Positions 10,783-19,570 of a stretch of 64,000 bases of DNA are shown here, in pieces. The notes under the pieces were generated by a model that saw only the letters and a program-made list of their open reading frames with translations, was not told the origin of the DNA and did not search any database. Position 1 is the first letter of the stretch; every line of letters starts with the position of its first letter. Source of the stretch: Thermoproteota archaeon. GTDB taxonomy: Archaea > Thermoproteota > Thermoprotei_A > Sulfolobales > Ignisphaeraceae. The DNA is taken from assembly GCA_030550585.1 (NCBI GenBank), contig JAUQPB010000003.1, forward strand, positions 100,333 to 164,332, in the 5' to 3' direction. A program made the translations under genes and the position numbers.

Positions 10783-11388
10783 CTATTCTCCTAACACTGA
10801 TATATTAAGATCTTGCACATCGACTAGCAATGAAGTGAACTGTTTATTGGTAGAGACTAAGACGTTACTAGGGTCTAGGACATCTATACATAAATCGCTT
10901 TGAAAACTCTTGTTACATGATATGAATAAAAGCTTTGTAGGTTTATTCACATCCCCAAATACATTCTTTATTCCAATATTCAAATCCTTTCCAACTAACT
11001 TGACTTTAGAACATGAGGATGTTTTTAGAGGGTAGCGAGAGAGTATTATTGTGAGAAAACAGTTAGACAATATTTTTTCTCTAAGCCTTTCAATGTTTTG
11101 AATAGGGTTCTTTGCATCAATTCCGCTGATGCATATCCCATCATCTATGAAGTGCAAAGAGCCTGCTATGTATGCCCCCACATTTTTCATAGTCTTCACA
11201 ATATGTATATCGTCATCTACATCCACTATACCATAGATGCTCTTACCAACTCTTAAAACATCTAGACATTGTCCCAGACCACCGCATAGCATTACCAAGT
11301 CGAAATGCTCTGCCTTCAGTTTATCTACAACCTCTCTACATTTCCTATAATCGATTGCTTGTATAATTGCTATTCTCAATCTCTTCAT
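10783..11388 (-). CDS. Degenerate calcineurin-like metallophosphoesterase-fold protein
   Basis: Spacing resembles the family (RIAII.., DLVMLCGGL, YGIVDVDD, ILSRYP) but canonical DxH/GD/GNHD residues are replaced. Confidence 0.45.
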   Translation of the reverse strand: MKRLRIAIIQAIDYRKCREVVDKLKAEHFDLVMLCGGLGQCLDVLRVGKSIYGIVDVDDDIHIVKTMKNVGAYIAGSLHFIDDGICISGIDAKNPIQNIERLREKILSNCFLTIILSRYPLKTSSCSKVKLVGKDLNIGIKNVFGDVNKPTKLLFISCNKSFQSDLCIDVLDPSNVLVSTNKQFTSLLVDVQDLNISVLGE

Positions 11389-12122
11389 AGTAGATCTCTA
11401 TTCTTGTCCATGTACACATGGAAAAGCACTCTATAGTTATTCCCAACATATCTCTCTATAACTGGTCTCCACTGATCCCCTATAGCCACAAGAGCATAGA
11501 AACCCGCTGGCCTGGCACCAGCTTTCTTTATCAACTCAAACACAGCTGCGCTAGTCCTTCCACTTCTCACAAGATCATCGACCACAAGAACCTTGTCGCC
11601 ATATTCTAAAACAGCTTCAGGAAGATACAAAGAGATTACCTCCGGTGGTGCTCTTGTAACATAGCTTACCTCAATGAACTTGCTATAGCCAACCTCCTTT
11701 CTCTTTTTAATTACAACTATTTTTGCATTCAATCTTTTAGATATTAATGTAGCCAGAGCTATTCCATCGGTTTCAACAGTTGTAACAACATTAAATCCCA
11801 TGTTCTGGGCCCACAACAACGCATCTATCGAGGCATAGTTAAGCAAATCTATATTGTAAACGATGTCATATGTCCTTATAACACCTTCATCATCCAGTTG
11901 AATTATCCTCTCCTTCAATTTATTCACTATATCCTGATCCAATAGCTTTGATAGCATCTGCCGCGCTCTCTCAACCGAAGGCCTTATATCGCCATGTACA
12001 TAACGCCAAAGGGTTGGCACTGTAACATTCAATATTTCTTCCAGCTCCTTAAACTTGAAAAATCTCTTAAGACTTGAAAGTACCTCGACGATAAGCTCCC
12101 TCTCGTCTATCTCCATTACCAC
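11385..12122 (-). CDS. HTH-fused type I phosphoribosyltransferase (PurR/APRT-like regulator)
   Basis: N-terminal HTH (FKELEEILNVTVPTLWRY) and PRPP motif VLVVDDLVRSGRT. Confidence 0.85.
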   Translation of the reverse strand: MVMEIDERELIVEVLSSLKRFFKFKELEEILNVTVPTLWRYVHGDIRPSVERARQMLSKLLDQDIVNKLKERIIQLDDEGVIRTYDIVYNIDLLNYASIDALLWAQNMGFNVVTTVETDGIALATLISKRLNAKIVVIKKRKEVGYSKFIEVSYVTRAPPEVISLYLPEAVLEYGDKVLVVDDLVRSGRTSAAVFELIKKAGARPAGFYALVAIGDQWRPVIERYVGNNYRVLFHVYMDKNRDLL

Positions 12123-12342
12123 ACCCTACACTATCTCTAATCCTTAATAAACATTTTAAAAGAGAATATAAGCTGTATAGTTACGGATCTTCATATCTAA
12201 TATTTAATCAGCTATCAGATAAAGAATTGTCGCTGAGGCAGTTGACCTTCTTATTACCTACTTTAAACCATTGTAATACACCTATACACGATTGTTTTAA
12301 AACCATTGTAGATAGAGCATTTACATACAGTCAAAATTTCTT

Positions 12343-12627
12343 TTACTCAAACACTGCTGCTGCCATTACAATACCTCTGATAGACATGTTATTATTACTA
12401 GATAGTGCGATTTTAGATATTATGTACTCAATTGTCTCGTCTTCTTCGTCACATGAAACAACTTCCTCACCATTTAACAATATGCCTGGGGGAAGAGAGA
12501 CATTTGCAAAAAGAACCTCAACATTTGTGTACCTCGCCAAGGTTTTTTTCACCATTGTTGCCACCCTACCGCATTTTTCCATATCCTCTATTTTCGATCC
12601 CATTACAATTAATTTAACCTTATTCAT
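12343..12627 (-). CDS. Hypothetical protein (possible thioredoxin-like fold)
   Basis: LPPGILLNGEEV resembles the thioredoxin cis-Pro strand; weak. Confidence 0.5.
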   Translation of the reverse strand: MNKVKLIVMGSKIEDMEKCGRVATMVKKTLARYTNVEVLFANVSLPPGILLNGEEVVSCDEEDETIEYIISKIALSSNNNMSIRGIVMAAAVFE

Positions 12628-12754
12628 ACTAGATCAAGATAAATATGTGTTTGGTGTTACCATATAAAATTGGAGTTAAGGATCGCTATTCAAGATAGAA
12701 AAGCTTAAAAACTTTAATGATCCTATACTCTTACTGGAGTAAAAAGTATATAGG

Positions 12755-13216
12755 GTGAGAAGCATGATAAGACTTAAAAAGCTTTATGAGGATATCGATA
12801 TTGAGGTCTTCAAAGCGCCTACAGAAGAAGAGCTAGAGAATCTCATCAAAGAGACCATCAAAAACAACGGAAGGCCAATGACATGGAAAGAGCTTAGAGA
12901 ACTGTTTGCAGGTGTTGCTGGAGAGGATAGGTTAAGAAAGGTTCTAGTCAAACTCATTGAAAGAGATGAGCTTATAGAGCTACCTGATGGAGCGCTAGCA
13001 TTGCCCGGTATGGAGCAGAACTACATACCTAGAAAGAATACTAAGAGAGTAAGACCATTGGTTCCAACAAAATTTAGAGAAAGATGGGGCAATCTAGCTG
13101 CAAAACTAAGGAAAACTGGGTTACCATTAGGAGAGGCCATAAAACAGTTTGGAACTTCTGCTCCATTTGAAGAAGAGTTTGAAGAAGAGTCTGAGGAAGA
13201 ATACATAGAGGAGTAG
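12755..13216 (+). CDS. Hypothetical winged-helix-like protein with acidic C-terminal tail
   Basis: PMTWKELRELF..GEDRLRKVLVKLIERDELIEL.DG pattern; EEEFEEESEEEYIEE tail. Confidence 0.7.
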   Translation: MRSMIRLKKLYEDIDIEVFKAPTEEELENLIKETIKNNGRPMTWKELRELFAGVAGEDRLRKVLVKLIERDELIELPDGALALPGMEQNYIPRKNTKRVRPLVPTKFRERWGNLAAKLRKTGLPLGEAIKQFGTSAPFEEEFEEESEEEYIEE

Positions 13217-13263
13217 AGCAAAACAATTTCTTGAGTGGAGCACAATCATTTACTTATGGTTAA

Positions 13264-13452
13264 TTGTTAAATATTACAATATGTGTAGAAGGTATGAGTT
13301 CTCGAAGATGTGAAAAAGCAAGTGTTAAAATAATGGGTAAGGTAGCTATAATAAGAACTGAGAGAGGGTCAAAGGCGTTAGTTGGAGCCGATGATCTATG
13401 CGATTTAGCTAAAAAACTTGGTTTATGTCTCGAGAACTATAACTGCTTTTAA
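13264..13452 (+). CDS. Small hypothetical Cys-containing protein
   Basis: 62-aa ORF following the previous gene. Confidence 0.45.
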   Translation: MLNITICVEGMSSRRCEKASVKIMGKVAIIRTERGSKALVGADDLCDLAKKLGLCLENYNCF

Positions 13453-14540
13453 AGCTTGTATCTTTTTATCAGTCCTCGCATTTTTGCGTACATCCCATAG
13501 TCAACATATTCCTTTCTATTAATGAATTGATCTACTGTTGGCGCCTTATTGACTACATCTAATAGTTTGTCGGTAACAATTATACTAAACGCATCGCTTC
13601 CCGCACCACTACCAAACGACACTGCCAAAATTCGTTGGCCTGGCTTTGAGTTTTCTAAAATTCTTGCCAATCCTATTAATAGCGAGCCGTTGTAGGTATT
13701 GCCGATATAGGGGGTTACAATACCTGGAATAACTTTTTCCTTTGGTATTCCAAGCATGGAAGCAACTCTTAGTGGAAATTTACCGTTTGGTTGATGGAAA
13801 ACAGCGTAATCGAAATCTGATGGTCTTAGACCCAATTCCTCCATTAAAAGTTTTGCTGCTGAAACCACATGACTAAAATATGCTGGTTCACCTGTAAACC
13901 CCTCACCATGTAGAGGGTATGGGGCTCCCTCTCTACGCCAGAAATCGGGTGTATCGGTAGAGTATGATGCAAATCCCTCAAAATATGCTATGGACTCATT
14001 CTTAGACCCTATAATATATGCTGCACCACCACTGCTTGCAGTGAACTCTAGAACATCGCCTGGGCTACTTTGAGATGTGTCTGCACCTATTGCAAGAACA
14101 TATCTCGCCAATCCACTTTCTATGTGAACTATCCCCAACCTTATACCCTCTGCACCAACCCTGCAAGCAAATTCCAAATCAGCAACGGCTTTTTTGGATT
14201 TGATGCCAAGAGCTTCAGCAATAATGGTTGCACCTGGTTTAACAGCATAAGGCTTACTCTCAGTACCGAGATACACTACATCTATTTCGTTAGGGTCTAT
14301 GCCCGCCCTTTTCAAAGCGTACATCGATGCCATATAGCCTATTGTAACTGAATCCTCATCTACATTACCTATAGCCTTCTCCTCAATCCAAATTCCTTTT
14401 GCAGACTCGTCATCAAATCCCCACATGTCAACAATATTACCCGCTTTTATTCTGTATTTGGGTATGTAAACCCCCCAGCCAACTATCCCACTCCTCAAGC
14501 ATCTTGGCAAATATAACACCATCTCAACAAATATTTGCAA
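13449..14540 (-). CDS. hmgS: Hydroxymethylglutaryl-CoA synthase (archaeal)
   Basis: GTESKPYAVKP, DLEFACR (catalytic Cys), DFWRR, FHQPNGKFP, GNTY, SFGSGAGSD; true start probably ~14510. Confidence 0.93.
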   Translation of the reverse strand: MQIFVEMVLYLPRCLRSGIVGWGVYIPKYRIKAGNIVDMWGFDDESAKGIWIEEKAIGNVDEDSVTIGYMASMYALKRAGIDPNEIDVVYLGTESKPYAVKPGATIIAEALGIKSKKAVADLEFACRVGAEGIRLGIVHIESGLARYVLAIGADTSQSSPGDVLEFTASSGGAAYIIGSKNESIAYFEGFASYSTDTPDFWRREGAPYPLHGEGFTGEPAYFSHVVSAAKLLMEELGLRPSDFDYAVFHQPNGKFPLRVASMLGIPKEKVIPGIVTPYIGNTYNGSLLIGLARILENSKPGQRILAVSFGSGAGSDAFSIIVTDKLLDVVNKAPTVDQFINRKEYVDYGMYAKMRGLIKRYKL

Positions 14541-14741
14541 TGATATAAGGGCTATTTAAGAGTTCGCCTACAATTACAACCATAAAAATTTGAATATGTC
14601 CATGTTTCTCAATACTCTATTAGAGCTTCTGAACTCTAATGACTATCTCAAGAATTTATCAGAGCCCTTAGAATAGATAATAGGAATTATTTTCATAACC
14701 ATAGACAGACCAAGAACATCAACAAATGCTTAAAATATCCT

Positions 14742-15245
14742 CTATCGCTCATTTTCAAGAATTTCCCTAACCTTTTTAAACACAAATCTAATAAGCTTCA
14801 AGAAGACGCTTGCAAACTCTTCTACCTGAGACAAAATTTTTTGTTCTCCATCATCAGATATGTAAAGCCATGCTTTTGAGACGTTTGGCACAGTTTGAGC
14901 AGACCTTGTGCTTGCATACCCATATCTTATCCACCCACTGCTGCATCTAGTCATCAACATTATTACATTGTCCATGAGATTTGATCCAACATTGCCAATA
15001 TTTGTAACTGAATCTATTGTAGTCACCAACTCCAAGAAAATATCTCCAACAAGCTCTTCTAGAGCTGGTGGCATGCTATCGCATGGCACTATATAACCAT
15101 ATATGGAAAGCACTGGATAACGAATTTCATTGTAATCTAGGTATAGGGCTATGCACCCACAGTCTTTTTCAATACATTCCAGGACAGCGTTTATCACACT
15201 GTCATTTGTAGGGATGCACATCGATTTCTCCTTACTTTTTGGCAT
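14742..15245 (-). CDS. Hypothetical protein
   Basis: 167-aa ORF, no recognised motif. Confidence 0.55.
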   Translation of the reverse strand: MPKSKEKSMCIPTNDSVINAVLECIEKDCGCIALYLDYNEIRYPVLSIYGYIVPCDSMPPALEELVGDIFLELVTTIDSVTNIGNVGSNLMDNVIMLMTRCSSGWIRYGYASTRSAQTVPNVSKAWLYISDDGEQKILSQVEEFASVFLKLIRFVFKKVREILENER

Positions 15246-15321
15246 AACCTAATAAAACCTCTAAAAACTACTAGCATAGTACTGATAATCAGTGTAAGTA
15301 AAAATATTTTGTAGATAAACG

Positions 15322-16044
15322 ATGATGAAGGCAACCCCCTTAACAATAGTTATTGCAGAGGCGGGGCTAGAGCTTATCCCTAAGGAGATAGAGAATCATC
15401 CTCTAATAAAAGCTCATGCAAGAAAGCGTGGAAAGAAACCCAATGAGATTATACTGGATATCTCATTGCACTATAAAGCTATGAAGAGCCTCAGCAATTG
15501 GTTCAAGAGAGGAAGACCAGATATTGTACACACCTCACTGTTAATAGCATTATCGAGCGTTCTTAACAGAGCTGGATTGCTGAGGATATATATTCACACA
15601 ATTAACAATCTAATAGTGTATGTAGATCCTAGGGTTAGGATACCTAGAAACTACAACAGGTTTGTGGGACTGATGGAACAGCTTCTCATAGAAAAGAAGG
15701 TTCCTCCAAATACCCAAAAGCCTCTATTATTGGCTGAGGAGAAGAAGCTGGACGAATTTATTAAGGAAAACCACTTTGACCATATTGTTTTGCTGTACGA
15801 AAAAGGAGAATTCATTAAGCCAAATACCTTTGGCGAGATGATTAGCAGTAAAATGGTTAGAGGGGAGAGGGTATGTGTGATTATTGGCGGTTTTCAACAT
15901 GGAGATTTTGAGCCAAGCACACTTAGTCTTTCTGAAAATAGGATTGCTATATACAAACAACCTTTGGAAACCTGGACAGTGCTATCCATGGTTATTCACA
16001 GCATCGAAAATTCAAAAGAATTTGACGAAGTACTTTGGCGCTAG
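15322..16044 (+). CDS. nep1: 16S rRNA pseudouridine N1-methyltransferase Nep1/EMG1 (SPOUT)
   Basis: KRGRPDIVH, RIPRNYNRFVGLMEQL, IGGFQHGDF. Confidence 0.93.
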   Translation: MMKATPLTIVIAEAGLELIPKEIENHPLIKAHARKRGKKPNEIILDISLHYKAMKSLSNWFKRGRPDIVHTSLLIALSSVLNRAGLLRIYIHTINNLIVYVDPRVRIPRNYNRFVGLMEQLLIEKKVPPNTQKPLLLAEEKKLDEFIKENHFDHIVLLYEKGEFIKPNTFGEMISSKMVRGERVCVIIGGFQHGDFEPSTLSLSENRIAIYKQPLETWTVLSMVIHSIENSKEFDEVLWR

Positions 16045-17045
16045 TAGTACTGGAGATATCTAAGCATTTTAACTAGGTTTGGTGGAGGCTTCATAGCCAA
16101 TGCTATGGCTCCCATGAGAACAACGTCATCCCCAAATTTCGTTGGTGTTATCATAGGCTGGGCTGTCACTATACCTGGAGCCCTCTTCAAACCCTCTACA
16201 ATTCTATCTATAACTAGTTCTTTGTTCTTTAATGCAACAGAGCCTCCTACAGTTATTATTTCGGGATCGTACAAGTTAATTATATTTATAAATCCTACAA
16301 TATTATATTTGTTCACCTCTTCTACTATCCTAAGAGCCAGCTTATCGCCTTCTTTTGCCTTTGAATATATGAGTTCGGATGTTAGGAAGCCGTCTTTGTA
16401 TGCTTTGTATATCTGGGACTCTTTTTCTTCTTGACTTAAACTCAATTCTTCGATAAGCCTAGAAGCAAATTTTGGTATGTTAGCACCACTTGCATAAGCT
16501 TCCCAATGTCCATATCCTCCACAACCGCACTTCATTTTGCCATTAACATCGACAACTATATGCCCTATTTCATGAGCGTTACCCATTTTGCCTAGTAGAA
16601 GCGTGTCATTAACTATCATACCCCCTCCAATACCAGTGCTGATTGTTACATAGACAACATTTTCATATCCTCTGCCAAATCCTAGTACCTTCTCCCCCCA
16701 GACACCAGCAATACAGTCATTTGCCATGATAACAGGTTTTCCAAACCTTTCCTGCAATGGTCGTGCAAGTTCAAATGTGTGAATAGATATGTTAGGGGCG
16801 TTTAGTACAACACCTGTAGCAAGATCCATTGGCCCTGCGCTTCCAATCCCTATTGCTCTTACATCCATTAAAACATCTCTAAAACTTTCCTCGATTTTAT
16901 CAGATATGACATTGGCTATTGTATATCTATCCCCCTCCTGAGGCGTCCTCATAACAATCTTCTTAACTATTTCTCCATCTTGCGATGCGAGAGCTATTCT
17001 TGTCCAAGTTGCACCAACGTCAATTCCTATATAATACACAACCAT
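16041..17045 (-). CDS. ROK-family ATP-dependent glucokinase/hexokinase
   Basis: GIDVGAT, ANDC, STGIGGG, EIGH, CGCG..GHWEAY. Confidence 0.92.
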   Translation of the reverse strand: MVVYYIGIDVGATWTRIALASQDGEIVKKIVMRTPQEGDRYTIANVISDKIEESFRDVLMDVRAIGIGSAGPMDLATGVVLNAPNISIHTFELARPLQERFGKPVIMANDCIAGVWGEKVLGFGRGYENVVYVTISTGIGGGMIVNDTLLLGKMGNAHEIGHIVVDVNGKMKCGCGGYGHWEAYASGANIPKFASRLIEELSLSQEEKESQIYKAYKDGFLTSELIYSKAKEGDKLALRIVEEVNKYNIVGFINIINLYDPEIITVGGSVALKNKELVIDRIVEGLKRAPGIVTAQPMITPTKFGDDVVLMGAIALAMKPPPNLVKMLRYLQYY

Positions 17046-17071
17046 ATACCCCCTCCCACAAGTTTGTTTTG

Positions 17072-17124
17072 TCAGCCTTCTTACCGCACATCATTTATCA
17101 GGTAGGAGGTGCATACATCATCAA
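17072..17124 (-). ncRNA. Box C/D methylation-guide sRNA
   Basis: Minus strand: (T)TGATGA-TGTATGCACCTCCTAC-CTGA-TAA-ATGATGT-GCGGTAAGAAGG-CTGA, intergenic between apgM and glucokinase. Confidence 0.85.
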
Positions 17125-17132
17125 AAAATGTT

Positions 17133-18422
17133 TTATTGATTCAACAGCTCAAAAACTTTTTTGAGAACTAGATAGCCATGTGGTATTATTCCAAGAGAAC
17201 CTTTCGTACAGCACTCATATTCTGTAAACCTTTCGAGGCCATCAAATCTCTTGAGGTTCTTCGATGCTACCATTAGTGGAACTGGATCACTTGTATGTGC
17301 TTTAAGCTCTGGTGGTGTTGCATGGTCAGCTGTCACAACGATCGCCACATCGCTTAGATCTACAGACTTTAGAAGAGGTGATATGTAGAACTTGTCTATG
17401 TTTTCTATTGAAAGCACCTTTCTCTTCTTATCCCCATCATGACCGGGTTCGTCAGGTCCTTTTAGATGTACATAAACAACATCTACCTCATTTAGTAGCT
17501 TGAGTGTTGCCTCAAGTCTTTCTTTCAGATCCTTCTCAGCTACTCCAGAGGGCGGCGATACCTCTACCGCTTTCATTCCTAGTAACCTCCCTATACCTTT
17601 CTCAACAGGCATCTCCGCAACAATGCCAAAGGTCTTTCCATAGAGCTTGTTAATCGGTCTAATATTTGGATATCTGTCTTCGGCATCTCGAAGGAGAATT
17701 GCATTAGCTTTTGGAAGCCCCCTCTCAGCCCTCTTGATATTCACTTGATGAGAGTCCAATATCTCGATGGCTCTACGTGTAAACTCATCTACAAGTTCAC
17801 ATGTTATCTTAGCCTCTTCGCTATCATCAAGAGGTTTGCATTTAGCTACAAAAGGCTCGAATTTATCAAGAGCTATAGACACTCTGCCCACTCTACCATA
17901 AGCTGGATCAGTATTTGAAACATTTGCCGACAACCTCTTTTCCCTACTGCCTATAATTACCACAGCACGATGACCCACAGTAGAGTAGACTTTTGCATAA
18001 CCGCCATACTTACCTAAATCAATATTTAGAGATTTTGCCAGCTCTCTTGCCTCATCTGATCCCAGACTTCGCCCCACCCTCCTATCAACTATCTTCATAT
18101 TTCTAATATCAATTGTAGCAAAGTTAGCTCTGAACGCAACCTCAAAACCCTCTGATATGTTAACACCAATGCCGAGAGCCTCTAACAGACCCCTCCCAAT
18201 ATTGATCTCCTTGGGGTTGTAACCCAAAATCGAAAAAACAGCTGCATCGCTTTCAGGTGCTGTCTCGCTGTCTATAGGATGGAAGCAACCAGCAATTGAG
18301 ACCTTGGCCAATTCTTCAAGGCCTTGTGTCTTTGCAAGCTCTAATGATGTTGGTCTGTATTTAATTGTGTCAGCTACACCATCTAATACTATTATAACGG
18401 TTTTCTTCATAAACAACCACAC
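17133..18422 (-). CDS. apgM: 2,3-bisphosphoglycerate-independent phosphoglycerate mutase (archaeal)
   Basis: LDGVAD, PESD, GRG.LEALG, HLKGPDEPGHDG, TADHATP, HTSDPVP. Confidence 0.92.
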   Translation of the reverse strand: MWLFMKKTVIIVLDGVADTIKYRPTSLELAKTQGLEELAKVSIAGCFHPIDSETAPESDAAVFSILGYNPKEINIGRGLLEALGIGVNISEGFEVAFRANFATIDIRNMKIVDRRVGRSLGSDEARELAKSLNIDLGKYGGYAKVYSTVGHRAVVIIGSREKRLSANVSNTDPAYGRVGRVSIALDKFEPFVAKCKPLDDSEEAKITCELVDEFTRRAIEILDSHQVNIKRAERGLPKANAILLRDAEDRYPNIRPINKLYGKTFGIVAEMPVEKGIGRLLGMKAVEVSPPSGVAEKDLKERLEATLKLLNEVDVVYVHLKGPDEPGHDGDKKRKVLSIENIDKFYISPLLKSVDLSDVAIVVTADHATPPELKAHTSDPVPLMVASKNLKRFDGLERFTEYECCTKGSLGIIPHGYLVLKKVFELLNQ

Positions 18423-18556
18423 ACCTCTTAGATGCTGCTAAGTGCAATTACACGCATTAAATAATTAAGTCTAACCTATATAAAAGTTTATAAAGTAAGT
18501 AAGGATATAAGTTGGGATGATATAACATTAAGTCTGATAAAAATAGGTGTTATAAT

Positions 18557-19570
18557 ATGGAAGCGGTATTAACAAGCGTTAGAAAGGTAATTAGAATTGG
18601 AGAAAGAAGTATTGGTGTTACAATACCAAAGGAGTGGCTATCTGTATTGGGAATATCTGTTGGAGCAAGTGTTGAGGTGACTCTAGGCCCTGGATATCTC
18701 TTGGTAAAACCTCTTTCAACAATACATCCAAAGATAACACAAAGTATAAGGATTAAGCATGAGGATGAGGAAACTTTATCAAGGCTCATTATAGCAAGTT
18801 ATATTGAGGGATTCGATGTAATATCGGTCGATGAGTCGAAAGATCTTGCAAGAAAAGCCTTCCAAAAAATCTCTATGAGGTTGCCAGGAGCTATTGCAAT
18901 GGAGGGGCCAACATTCAAATTGAAGATTTCTGTAGATGAGTTTAACACAGATCTCGATGAAGTGATAGGGGCTATGAAGACCACTTTATCGATGATGTTT
19001 GATCTTATAACAGATTACTTTATGACTGGAGATAAGTCGAAGCTTCAAGAAATTATTAGACTAGATGATGATCTTGATAGACTGCACTTCCTTGGAATGA
19101 GAACAATAAAGAGAACAGCGTTTAGAGACCCCTCGCAAGCAATAAACAACTCTATTATAATTAAGAGCCTGGAACATATTGGCGATACATTAGACAGAGC
19201 ATCAAACACTATACTGAATCTTGGATTCGATGAATTCCATAAGAATGGTAAATGTAAGGATGTGTTTAGAGATATCTTCTCAAAGGTATCATCATATGTT
19301 TCAAAAGCTGTAAATGCTTTGACATCGTCTAACCTATCGCTAGCAATGAAGGTTTTAATTGGCAGAGAAGAGTTGACAAGAGAAATTTTAAATAATGTTG
19401 CAGAGTGTTCTGATATTCCAGGAGTCTTGGCGATAGCACATGAGGCTATTGTTGGTGTTTATGAGGCTGCTGAGATAGCTGAGGTTGCAACGATTAGGGC
19501 GCTTATGACTGTTGGAAAGCCAGAAACTGTTTTACCAAAGATTGAGATGCCTCAAGAGCCTTCTGAATAG
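18557..19570 (+). CDS. AbrB-PhoU phosphate uptake regulator
   Basis: N-terminal RKVIRIG..SIGVTIPKEW (AbrB) plus DDDLDR..LEHIGD PhoU repeats. Confidence 0.85.
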   Translation: MEAVLTSVRKVIRIGERSIGVTIPKEWLSVLGISVGASVEVTLGPGYLLVKPLSTIHPKITQSIRIKHEDEETLSRLIIASYIEGFDVISVDESKDLARKAFQKISMRLPGAIAMEGPTFKLKISVDEFNTDLDEVIGAMKTTLSMMFDLITDYFMTGDKSKLQEIIRLDDDLDRLHFLGMRTIKRTAFRDPSQAINNSIIIKSLEHIGDTLDRASNTILNLGFDEFHKNGKCKDVFRDIFSKVSSYVSKAVNALTSSNLSLAMKVLIGREELTREILNNVAECSDIPGVLAIAHEAIVGVYEAAEIAEVATIRALMTVGKPETVLPKIEMPQEPSE

